Shown piece after piece: positions 16,457 to 24,977 of a stretch of 64,000 nt of DNA. Each line of letters begins with the position of its first letter. The stretch's first letter is position 1. The stretch lies in the IMG/VR virus record IMGVR_UViG_3300028832_000127, positions 12,470 to 76,469 of that record. The stretch is one strand, 5' to 3'. A model generated the notes under the pieces. It saw only the letters and a program-made list of their open reading frames with translations. It was not told the DNA's origin and searched no databases. The DNA comes from a virus. Taxonomy: Duplodnaviria; Caudoviricetes. A program made the position numbers and the translations under genes.

Positions 16457-17447
16457 AAATTTGCGTTAATGTTTCGTATGCTGCGAGTGCCGCCCCTGCG
16501 CCTGAGAGTTTGGCGGGTCTTGGCTGCATTGGTGCGCGTTCTCGGTTGTACTTGCCTTCTAAGACCTTGACGAAGTTTTCGGGTCTGAAAAGCCAGTTGA
16601 AGTCGGCGAGGAAGTTTTCGGATGTCTCGGCGTTCAGGAACTTGGACTTTGCGGCGTTCTCGATTACCGTGGCGATTGCGTTCTTGCCGTGTTCTCTTGC
16701 CCTTGCCGCCACCGCTTGTTGCCGTTTGCCCGTGATGGAGGTGATTTGGTGTATTCCGCGTCCCTGCATCGTGTTGTTGAAAAAATCTTTGAGGGCGTCG
16801 AAGTCGATGGCGTCGTCTTTTTTTCTTTTGGCGCAACTTTTCTTTTTTTCTGCGTCGGCGGTCGGGGGTATAAGTGTGAGGGTGTCCGCGTCCTCGTTTT
16901 TCGGCTCGTTTTCGGGAATGTCGGTGGGGGTGTCCCCTTGCGCCGTCGTCCCCGACGACAAAGGTGCGTTAGCACCTAAATTTTGATATATATTTTTTTG
17001 TTTTTTGTTTATTGTTATATTGTTTATTGTTACGTTGTTGTCAGTCGGCGTGTCACTTGGCGTGTCGGTCGGCGTGTCAGTCTGTATGTCACTTGGCGTG
17101 TCGGTCTGCGTGTCGCTTTCCGTTTTTTGATTTTGGTAAGCATCATAATTACAGATAGTTATGATACTATTTTTGTTTGTCGCTTTTATCGAAATTTCAC
17201 CCGTTTTTTCGAGGTGTGAAAGGACGGTTCTGACGGCACGAATTGTAAGCCCTGTGTCGGAACAAATGGTGCTTAAACTCGTTATCAACTGACCGCGTTT
17301 TACGTCATATTTTGCTTGCCATTTTTTGTCCCCCGTGTTGGCGTTGAACACAAGATAGACAAACACCTTGAAGATGTCGGAATTGGATTTGAACCACTCC
17401 CAATTCTGCATTTTCCGATGAAGGCATATCCAACCGTTGACTAACAT
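16365..17447 (-). CDS. phage replication initiator (O-like, N-terminal wHTH)
   Basis: GWICLHRKMQNWEW, RGQLITS, SIITICNYDAYQ, ADFNWLFRPENFVKVLEGKY; internal iterons. Confidence 0.8.
   Translation of the reverse strand: MLVNGWICLHRKMQNWEWFKSNSDIFKVFVYLVFNANTGDKKWQAKYDVKRGQLITSLSTICSDTGLTIRAVRTVLSHLEKTGEISIKATNKNSIITICNYDAYQNQKTESDTQTDTPSDIQTDTPTDTPSDTPTDNNVTINNITINKKQKNIYQNLGANAPLSSGTTAQGDTPTDIPENEPKNEDADTLTLIPPTADAEKKKSCAKRKKDDAIDFDALKDFFNNTMQGRGIHQITSITGKRQQAVAARAREHGKNAIATVIENAAKSKFLNAETSENFLADFNWLFRPENFVKVLEGKYNRERAPMQPRPAKLSGAGAALAAYETLTQIYEQQNGTTDNTSGGDTTDAATQYLAAIGNF
16975..17114. other. putative replication origin: six 12-bp iterons plus AT-rich stretch
   Basis: GGCGTGTC-type units at 17047, 17059, 17071, 17083, 17095, 17107 next to the AT-rich 16975-17040. 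Confidence 0.7.
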
Positions 17448-17452
17448 TTTTT

Positions 17453-17692
17453 TTAGTATTTTTCGTTAGCGATTGCCACCAACTCCGCATTTGTCGCCTG
17501 ACGATTGCGGAACAGGTAGTCCATTATCTCCGACGGCTTGAAAAACACGGTCTTGCCGCCGTCGGGCTTGTAGCAAGGAATCTGCCGCAGGCTTATCTTG
17601 TTGTAGATGGTTTTTTTTGTCCACCCCGTCACTGACATAAGGTCGGCGACCGTCCATACTACTTTCGTGTGTATTTCCTCTGTCCTGCCCAT
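17453..17692 (-). CDS. excisionase-like HTH protein
   Basis: VWTVADLMSVTGWTKKTIYNKISLRQIPCYKP..VFFKPSEI. Confidence 0.7.
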   Translation of the reverse strand: MGRTEEIHTKVVWTVADLMSVTGWTKKTIYNKISLRQIPCYKPDGGKTVFFKPSEIMDYLFRNRQATNAELVAIANEKY

Positions 17693-17949
17693 AATCCCAG
17701 TTTTTTAATGATGTTGATTACGCCTTGGGGTGTTTGCACGCCGTCGGCAAGGCGTGTTTCTGTCTTTGCAACATATTCCGCTATGCGGGAGGGGCGGAGC
17801 GTCGGGTATTGTGCGCGCAATTCGAGGAATTTTGTTTTTATGCGCTCCCTGCGTTTCTCCGTTGCGATTTCGCGCCTTGTCTTGATGTCGTCGGGGATTG
17901 CCATGCCGATGCTGTCAGGCGTGGGTGTTTGGTTGGTTTTTTCGTCCAT
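17659..17949 (-). CDS. hypothetical protein (96 aa)
   Basis: ORF in leftward operon. Confidence 0.6.
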   Translation of the reverse strand: MDEKTNQTPTPDSIGMAIPDDIKTRREIATEKRRERIKTKFLELRAQYPTLRPSRIAEYVAKTETRLADGVQTPQGVINIIKKLGLWAGQRKYTRK

Positions 17950-18319
17950 TTTTCTGTCTGTTTTTTATGTTATTGTAATATTTTACCTATGACTATTAAT
18001 GCCGCGCCGATTACCACTAAAACAAGGGCAAGACGTGTTGGTTTTTCGTCCACCACGGTCGCGGGCGAGGGCAGCAACATACCCCCACCGAATAGGGCGA
18101 GGGCGATGCCGCCAAATTGGAGAAGTGCCGCTATCATTTGTCGCCTCCGTCTTTTACGTCCATAATGCCGCAGCAAAGAATGATGCTGCAAATTATAAAG
18201 CCGTACAACCAAAATTGGTTTATGTAGGGCGATGCGTCGATTGGCAGGTTGATGAGTTTGTAGCCGAGGGCGAGCGTGCCGATGCCGCCAAAAATCAATT
18301 TTTTCATATTCAGATAGTT

Positions 18320-18757
18320 TTAAGCGTTAATAAATTTTTTGTAGGGGTATGCTTTACGGTCGAACACTATGCTGTCAGTGTCGGCAGTGTACCTGATGCC
18401 GTGGCGTGTGCCGTCCGCGCCGATTTGCATAGAAAAAAACTCGTCCGCGTGTGCCTTGCAGAACTGCGCCACCTCCGTCCGCGTGTTGCAAAATTCAGAG
18501 CGTTTGTCGTTGTCGAGGTAGAACTTGAAAGGGTCGGTGTGGTATTTCGCCTCAATTTTTTTGCATGTGAAACACTTTAACTCGTTGTCTCGATTGAATT
18601 TAAAACTAAATTCGTAGCGATTGCCCTTGTCGTCGAAAATGTCGTCAAAATCACGGGAGAGATTAACGGCATTGTGGCGGTAGTTGTTTAGGCAAAATTG
18701 AAACAAATGAGCCACCAAACCCGTCTGCGTGTATTCTTTGTTGTTGTGCCTGTACAT
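18320..18757 (-). CDS. hypothetical protein (145 aa)
   Basis: ATG at 18757, just after a 12-bp hairpin at 18774-18811. Confidence 0.65.
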   Translation of the reverse strand: MYRHNNKEYTQTGLVAHLFQFCLNNYRHNAVNLSRDFDDIFDDKGNRYEFSFKFNRDNELKCFTCKKIEAKYHTDPFKFYLDNDKRSEFCNTRTEVAQFCKAHADEFFSMQIGADGTRHGIRYTADTDSIVFDRKAYPYKKFINA

Positions 18758-18821
18758 GATAGCGATTTTTTTAACGGTGGTGGGGGCGGTTGTGGATGTC
18801 CCCACCACCGTGGTGATTGTG

Positions 18822-19508
18822 TTACAAGTTGAGCAACTGCATTTGCGCAATGTCGTCCATGTATCGTGGGTCGTTGCTAAAATTCTGCACGATGTAGTCG
18901 TACCACGCCTTCGCATTGTCCGTCTTTTTCTCGTTGTAAAAGGCGTACAACTTGTTTTTTGCCGTGGCAAAGTCGTACTTAGGCTGTGCAGGGGCAGCGG
19001 TCGGTGCTGATGCAGGGGCGGCTTGTTGTGTCTTTTTGCCGCCGTTGCCGTTGGAGAAGGTAGCGTCAGGGTCGAGTTCGGTTTGCAGACCGAGTGCCAT
19101 GCCGAGCAGATAACGCTGTGCGTAGGTTATCGTTGAGCCGTCGGATTTGATGGCTTCGGGATTGTTTGCGAGCCGAAACGGGTACATAAGCGGCTCGGTG
19201 CGCTCCCCCGTCACGGTGTCCACGAAATTAAGCGCAAATACGCGAAAATTCGAGGCGAGGAGCGGCAGGGTGTGTTCGTTCAAAACCGCCGTGATTTCGT
19301 AATCGAGTTGGTTCTCCGCAAGGATGGGTGTCACCACTTTGAGGATGGCGGTGAGGGAGGCGTAGTTGATTTTTTTGCCGCCACCGACTATTGCGTCGCT
19401 GTCCTTGCCTATCACCCCCACCGCGTTCTTTACGGCGAGGATTTTGGCGGCGAGCGACGGCGTGGTGGTCGTCGCTGCCGCAGGTGCCTGTGTTTCTTTT
19501 GTTGCCAT
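18822..19508 (-). CDS. erf: Erf-family single-strand annealing protein
   Basis: INYASLTAIL, GSTITYAQRYLL..ALGL..DPD. Confidence 0.85.
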   Translation of the reverse strand: MATKETQAPAAATTTTPSLAAKILAVKNAVGVIGKDSDAIVGGGKKINYASLTAILKVVTPILAENQLDYEITAVLNEHTLPLLASNFRVFALNFVDTVTGERTEPLMYPFRLANNPEAIKSDGSTITYAQRYLLGMALGLQTELDPDATFSNGNGGKKTQQAAPASAPTAAPAQPKYDFATAKNKLYAFYNEKKTDNAKAWYDYIVQNFSNDPRYMDDIAQMQLLNL

Positions 19509-19702
19509 ATTCGTAAAGTGTTAAAGTGTTTAACTTCAAAAAAATTGCCCCTTCTTGCGTCACGGGCGGGGCGTGACCTGTGCCGCTGCACATCAATCCG
19601 TCAGGGTGGAGAGTATGCGGTGCAACCAGTCCCCCGATTAGAGTTTTTTGCGTGGTTCTAATACGACTCCCACATTTTTTTTGTGAATTAAAATTTTGGT
19701 CT

Positions 19703-19776
19703 TATCTTTGCACCTTATTATTAAAAGTGTTTTAATATTTCTTTTAATTCACTTTGCAAATGTATAAACTTTATAC
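19703..19776. promoter_or_regulatory. lysis/lysogeny switch: face-to-face promoters with palindromic operators
   Basis: TATCTTTG on + (19703-19710), TACATTTG on - (19757-19764); palindromes TATTAAAA-gtg-TTTTAATA (19719-19737) and GTATAAA-c-TTTATAC (19762-19776). Confidence 0.6.
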
Positions 19777-19842
19777 GTAACCTACAAATTTTTGTTTAGG
19801 TTTTTTAGTTAATTAATGTTAATTACCTATAAAACGTTTATT

Positions 19843-20301
19843 ATGAATAAGTTAGAACGAATAAAAAAGGCTGTAAAAATGGCTGTTGCGCTTGGTTATG
19901 GCAAAAATCAGGCAGAAATAGGGCGATTGTTAGGATATAACAACGGCGCGGCGTTTTCGCACGTCCTAAATGGCGTTGACAAAATGCCTACTAATTTTAT
20001 AGATAAATTACAAAGTGTTTTACCTACACTAAATATAGAATGGATTGAGACTGGGCAGGGCGAGATTTTCAAAGACAAGGCGATACCGCAAAAAACACCC
20101 CCCGCCATCCATTCCGCTGGCGACGTGGCAATGTTCAATTCGCAGATTAACCACGACAACCTTGCCGCCACGCTGCAACGCCTGACCGACGAGATAGCCG
20201 AGCAACGCCGGACATACACGGAACTATTAGCCGCAAAAGACGAACAAATCGCCAAAAAAGACACGCAGATTGACCAACTTTTAAAAATCATATCAAAATG
20301 A
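19843..20301 (+). CDS. CI-like XRE HTH repressor
   Basis: NQAEIGRLLG..AFSHVLNG..LNIEWIETGQGE; coiled-coil C-terminus with no peptidase domain. Confidence 0.8.
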   Translation: MNKLERIKKAVKMAVALGYGKNQAEIGRLLGYNNGAAFSHVLNGVDKMPTNFIDKLQSVLPTLNIEWIETGQGEIFKDKAIPQKTPPAIHSAGDVAMFNSQINHDNLAATLQRLTDEIAEQRRTYTELLAAKDEQIAKKDTQIDQLLKIISK

Positions 20302-20696
20302 CACTGAAAGACCGCATCAACAAGATAATAGACCTCAAATCCAACGGAAACACCACGCACTTCGCAAAATTGACGGGGTGGTCGTGCGAGACCGTCCGCA
20401 ACGTCAGACGCGCAGGAACAAACAACGTTACTCTGATAACAGACTTGCTCCGCGCAGTGCCTGAAATTTCCGCGCGTTGGCTGCTGCTTGGAGAGGGCGA
20501 GATGCTCCGACCCTTCGGTCTTGCCTACGCCGAGGGCGAGTTCCTTAAAAGGCTTGCGCGCCTTGCCGACATAGCAACCCTTGTGCCGCGCATGGACGCC
20601 GCGCAGTTGCGTAAGTTTCAGGTAGCCGTAGCGCAGGGCAACTTCCCCGACTTCACGCCTGACGAAATCGCCGCCCTGAAAGATAACAAGCGATGA
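20298..20696 (+). CDS. XRE HTH transcriptional regulator
   Basis: LKDRIN..HFAKLTGWS..ISARWLLLGEGEM. Confidence 0.75.
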   Translation: MTLKDRINKIIDLKSNGNTTHFAKLTGWSCETVRNVRRAGTNNVTLITDLLRAVPEISARWLLLGEGEMLRPFGLAYAEGEFLKRLARLADIATLVPRMDAAQLRKFQVAVAQGNFPDFTPDEIAALKDNKR

Positions 20697-20868
20697 GGCG
20701 AGGGTGTGGGGATAGGAAACAAAAACGGCGGACATTTCACAACGCCGCCGAAAAAATCGCTTCTTTAATGTAGCAAGAAACACATCTTAACACTTAATAC
20801 TCTAAAAATCTATCCTTCCCTACTGAAAAATGAAAATGAAAAACTTTAACGATGCAAAAATACACAAT

Positions 20869-21255
20869 TTATTTGAATTTGCAAACATATTCCACCTTGT
20901 CTATCTCCATAAGCCAAAACCTAATGAGGTTGTAGAATTGGGGGAAATTGCGGCAAATGACGTATTTGTAGCCTTGTTGCTCCACCGCTGCCTGCCATTC
21001 CTTTTGATGCTCCGACTGAACCCCGTCTTTTGTTTTCATTTCGATACACAGACCGTGGTAGCCTCGGCTCGGGTACAGGAACAACAAGTCGGACACGCCC
21101 GCCACAATGCCCTCTTTGGTCATTATAACCGCCGTTATGCGGTCTCTCTTGCCCCCATTCGGCACGGAAAAAAGGAGTGGTCGCAGGTCTTTGTATTGCA
21201 GCCTGAACCACTCCACACACTTCTGCTGGATATGGCTTTCTAAGTATCTTGGCAT
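20869..21255 (-). CDS. VRR-NUC domain nuclease
   Basis: ESHIQ..VPNGGKR..EGIVAGVSDL..IEMK..QSEHQKEW. Confidence 0.85.
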   Translation of the reverse strand: MPRYLESHIQQKCVEWFRLQYKDLRPLLFSVPNGGKRDRITAVIMTKEGIVAGVSDLLFLYPSRGYHGLCIEMKTKDGVQSEHQKEWQAAVEQQGYKYVICRNFPQFYNLIRFWLMEIDKVEYVCKFK

Positions 21256-21365
21256 AATTCCTTTCTTTACGGCTGCAAAGATATATATTAAATTTTGATT
21301 ATGCAAAACATTTTCAAACTTTTTTTTGCATATTTTTCTTCGACTTAGACCGCCTCATCAGTCAG

Positions 21366-22430
21366 TCAGATTAACTGCGGTATCTTTCCGACCGCCTCGC
21401 GTTTTGACTTGTCCACAACCTTTGCATAAATCATCGTCGTGGCGAGCGACTTATGCCCCAACAGCTTCTGTATCGTCGCAATGTTTACATCAAGTTCTAA
21501 CATCATAACCGCGAATGTGTGCCTTGCGGTGTGGAACGTTACGTGCTTGCCCGTGATGCCCGCCGCCGCCGCCCAATCCGACAGATAGTCATTCGGGCGT
21601 GTCCGCATCTTGAAAACCTTGTCCGCGTCCCCCCTGCGCTCCCCCATGAGTTCCACAGCCTGCGGCGTGATGTCGAGCCATTCGCGCTTCTTTGTCTTGT
21701 GCTGCCTGAACATAATGCGCGTTATCCCGCCCTCGCCCATCTGCACGTTGCCCCACGTCAGGGCGTTGATGTCGATGCAGCGCAGCCCCGTCAGGCAGGA
21801 GAACAGGAATGCCCGCTTGACCACCTCGGCACGGCACGGCGCGGCTGCAAGTCTGCGCACCTCGTCCATAGTCAGGTACTCGCGCTCGGTGTCCGTGAGC
21901 GCAAAGCACTTTACCGCCGCCACCGTTTCAAGCCTCATCTTGCCCTCTTTCACTGCCTTAAAAAGCGCGGTTCGGAGTTTGGCGAAATAGATTGCCTTCG
22001 TGTTCCGTGCAATGGGCAGTGCGCCGATGTAGTCCTTTATGTCCGACAGGGTGTCCGCGCCTATGTTCGCAAGCCTCTTGCCGCCGTACTTCTTCGCGAT
22101 GGTGTTTATCAGTGTGCGCAATATCTCCGTCCTCTTGCCCTGCGTCTTCAATTCCTCTCTGTACGCCCTGAGATAGCCATCGAGCGTGGTCTTGTCGTCC
22201 GTGGACAAGTCATACCGCCGCCGCTCCACCTCAACGGTGCGCTGCGACCTGATTATTTCCGCGAGCCTCATCGTCTCCGCGTTCTTCTGCCTGTCCGCCC
22301 TTGTCCGCTCAGGGACGAGGTAGAGTTTGAGGAACTCATAGCACCGCTCGCCGTCTGCGTAGATGTCGAGATATAAGGAGCGCGAGCCGTCCTTCAACTT
22401 TTTTTCTCTAAGCCTAACCTTGTCTTTCAT
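21366..22430 (-). CDS. int: tyrosine integrase (Bacteroidetes Arm-DNA-binding + SAM + catalytic domains)
   Basis: SLYLDIY..YEFLKLYL, FSCLTGLR, VTFHTARHTFA, LLGH, TMIY. Confidence 0.93.
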   Translation of the reverse strand: MKDKVRLREKKLKDGSRSLYLDIYADGERCYEFLKLYLVPERTRADRQKNAETMRLAEIIRSQRTVEVERRRYDLSTDDKTTLDGYLRAYREELKTQGKRTEILRTLINTIAKKYGGKRLANIGADTLSDIKDYIGALPIARNTKAIYFAKLRTALFKAVKEGKMRLETVAAVKCFALTDTEREYLTMDEVRRLAAAPCRAEVVKRAFLFSCLTGLRCIDINALTWGNVQMGEGGITRIMFRQHKTKKREWLDITPQAVELMGERRGDADKVFKMRTRPNDYLSDWAAAAGITGKHVTFHTARHTFAVMMLELDVNIATIQKLLGHKSLATTMIYAKVVDKSKREAVGKIPQLI

Positions 22431-22471
22431 TTTCTGTTTCAATTTCTGTTTTAAAAATTGTAGATTTTCGG

Positions 22472-22709
22472 GTAACAAAGGAATAACAAAAATTTTAGAA
22501 AAAAAAGGAAAATAGGGGAAAAATAAGGAATAAAGCAAAATTAACTGCAAGAGCCTAAAAAGGCGTTTTATTCCCTTTGTATGTCGTTTTGTTCCCGATT
22601 GTCTGAACGAAACAAAATTTATAATAAAAATTGTGCTTTTATTGCAACTATCTATACATCAACATATTACAACAATCAATTTTTTGTCAGTAACAAGGGG
22701 GAAACAAAA
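22472..22709. other. putative attP region
   Basis: Arm-like repeats GTAACAAAGGAATAACAAAA (22472) and GTAACAAGGGGGAAACAAAA (22690); IHF-like AATCAAttttTTG at 22674; directly upstream of int. Confidence 0.5.
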
Positions 22710-22817
22710 CGGCTTGCGCTATCTAACATTAATTACGACAAAAAAAAATATGAATTTTGTTTGCAAAATCAAAAGTTTTTTTGTATATTTGCGGAAACAA
22801 TTTAACACAAAAGTTAT

Positions 22818-23201
22818 ATGGAGCAAGATAAATTACAATCTGCAATAGCCTATTTCCACGGTCAGGCGGAAATATCACCATTCGCCGCCGAGGTGGAGGG
22901 GTATCTGCAAGAGTTGCACGACCTCAAATTCGGCGACAAAAAGCCGTTGAAAGTGTATAAGTTCGTTGGTGATGACGATATACGATGTGGCGACGGTCTT
23001 GCAATCGTCGCTGCGGAAAACGACAGCCAAGCGTGCAGACTGATGGATGATGCGGCAAAGGGCGACATCACCGACGCGGACGACAACGACATCCAACATC
23101 TTATCAGTACATTAGATACGATTAATCCTATTGAAATTCCGTGCCTGTCAGCGTCGTTGTCAGAGCCGACAATCATTGCTATACGCGCATACGAGGAATA
23201 A
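22818..23201 (+). CDS. hypothetical protein (127 aa)
   Basis: ORF after a class II promoter; C-terminal half resembles the next gene. Confidence 0.7.
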   Translation: MEQDKLQSAIAYFHGQAEISPFAAEVEGYLQELHDLKFGDKKPLKVYKFVGDDDIRCGDGLAIVAAENDSQACRLMDDAAKGDITDADDNDIQHLISTLDTINPIEIPCLSASLSEPTIIAIRAYEE

Positions 23202-23204
23202 AAA

Positions 23205-23408
23205 ATGAAGGTATATATTATGTCGGCGACAGAAAAATATTATGGCAATATGTTCATCGCCGCTGAAACCGAGGAACAGGCACGAGGTCTAACGAACAAA
23301 GGCAAGGGGGTATTCTCCGACGATAGGATAGTCGTAGAAGAACCTATGCTGTCGGCAAACGTGGACACGCCGCGAATTATAGCTGATTTGATGTTTGTCC
23401 GTCAATAA
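23205..23408 (+). CDS. hypothetical protein (67 aa)
   Basis: KVY..IAAETEEQA..LSANVDTPRIIA, paralogous to the previous gene. Confidence 0.7.
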   Translation: MKVYIMSATEKYYGNMFIAAETEEQARGLTNKGKGVFSDDRIVVEEPMLSANVDTPRIIADLMFVRQ

Positions 23409-23518
23409 TAATCCTTGCAACTTTTTTGCTACATTTGCGGAAACAGACAACAGCATCGGAAGAACCGTTGGTAAAACCTTTTGGTTAACTCCTTTTCAAA
23501 TCGGGACACGTAGAGTGA

Positions 23519-23604
23519 GGGAACGTTATTCGAGTTCGAGTAAACGAGACCCGCATTCGCACCGTTATTCGTGTTACCCCCAAACAACAGACCGCGAAGG
23601 GACG
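23519..23604 (-). ncRNA. DGR template repeat (TR), 3'-truncated
   Basis: 86-nt direct repeat of VR; rich in AAC/AAT codons; 6 of 7 mismatches fall at TR adenines. Confidence 0.9.
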
Positions 23605-23700
23605 GCGTCGCCGCCCGACCAACCCTGTTAACTATATTTTACATTTTGCGCCCCTTCCGAGGGCGTGGACGGTCGCCGCCTTTGGGCTGGCTCCGACGCT

Positions 23701-24966
23701 TTACGCGACAAAGCAGAGACGCGAGCCGACAGCCGGATTCGTATACGTGGGAACGTGATGCGAATTCGAGGAAACGAGACCCGCAGTCGCACCGTTAAGC
23801 GTGTTACCCCCAAACAACAGACCGCGAAGGGACGTACTATCTATATTAACGTAATGATAGTCGTGATAGTATGTGTCCGCGCTGCCACCGACTTTTTTTG
23901 CCGTGATGTCGCCGTACTGCCCAAAGTGGATTTCCTTGACGTAACCGTTGCTTCTTGCTTCGTTGCCGACGGAGCGGTAGTTTGAATAAGAAGTTGAGGA
24001 AAACAGCGAGGGACGGCTGCAAGCATAGACCGCGCTTGTGCCGCTTGTCCCCGACACTACGTTGACAAGTACGCCGTCCGTCCACTTCCAAATGTGTCCA
24101 AACGGGTTTTCTATGCCACGGTAACGAGGCACGGACACAGTTACAAGGGTGCTGTTGTTTGCGTCCTTGACGGCGAGGGATTTTACGCCTGTGCCGTTGC
24201 CGAGTTCGTCGGTGTAGCCGCAGGGGACGATGGGATAACGACCGTTGTAATTATTCCACGATGTGTCGTTCCAATCTGTTACGCCCGCGCCGAGACCGCC
24301 TTGGTGGTAGCCGTTTGCGTCCAAATTAGCGTTAAATGCCGCCTGTGAATTGAACGTGCAATACTCGACCGCGAAGAGCCAAAACAGCCACTTGTGCGCG
24401 TCGTACACATTGCAGTTCCACCGCGTGTCGCCGTTATTTCGGTTGCGTGCGTAGGTGCGAAAGTTGGTAAGGCTGATGCTTGTTGCGGGCATACCGAGTT
24501 GGCTGCGGTACGTGCCGTCCCACGCGGATTGATTGTTTCCGCCACGGTAGTCTGCGGTGGTGTTGACGATGCTGCAAAGTTTGTTTGTGGAGCGTTGGAG
24601 CGATGCTTCGTATGCGCCGACGTAGTAGCGCGGAATGTGGGTGAAGCCCGACCGAGGTGTCGCCGAGAGCCAAACGCGGTTGATTGTGTTCGATGCGCGT
24701 GTGCCGTCGAACTTTATCCAATGTTCTGGGACGCGCACCATCACCTGTCCGAGCGAGCCGTCCCTTGTCGCCGAAGTCCAGTCGTCGTAGGGAAGCTCCA
24801 TAACCTCGTTGCCGAGGTCGTCGAGGATAACGCCTTTCATCTCCGACTGCACTGGTAGCAATCGGTGCGCGTCCTTGTCGCCGATGCGGTGCATCACGTC
24901 GTTCACCGTGTCGAAGTCGATGCCGTAGGGGGCGAGTTTTTCATATATTTTACGTCCTGTTATCAT
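23701..24966 (-). CDS. DGR target protein (C-type lectin/FGE-sulfatase-like tail adhesin)
   Basis: YVGAYEA, GIENPFGHIWKWTDG, C-terminal LFGG..G..AG..S..VGSRLCF. Confidence 0.85.
   Translation of the reverse strand: MITGRKIYEKLAPYGIDFDTVNDVMHRIGDKDAHRLLPVQSEMKGVILDDLGNEVMELPYDDWTSATRDGSLGQVMVRVPEHWIKFDGTRASNTINRVWLSATPRSGFTHIPRYYVGAYEASLQRSTNKLCSIVNTTADYRGGNNQSAWDGTYRSQLGMPATSISLTNFRTYARNRNNGDTRWNCNVYDAHKWLFWLFAVEYCTFNSQAAFNANLDANGYHQGGLGAGVTDWNDTSWNNYNGRYPIVPCGYTDELGNGTGVKSLAVKDANNSTLVTVSVPRYRGIENPFGHIWKWTDGVLVNVVSGTSGTSAVYACSRPSLFSSTSYSNYRSVGNEARSNGYVKEIHFGQYGDITAKKVGGSADTYYHDYHYVNIDSTSLRGLLFGGNTLNGATAGLVSSNSHHVPTYTNPAVGSRLCFVA
23749..23834 (-). repeat. DGR variable repeat (part alignable to TR)
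   Basis: Encodes GGNTLNGATAGLVSSNSHHVP versus TR GGNTNNGANAGLVYSNSNNVP. Confidence 0.9.
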
Positions 24967-24977
24967 AGTGTAATGTT

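Noticed and set aside
19908-20783. Long antisense or overlapping ORFs in the track (for example 19908-20783, 21519-22376, 60313-61030)
   Set aside because: They lie opposite well-supported genes, lack promoters or RBS context and recognisable motifs, and are typical shadow frames.
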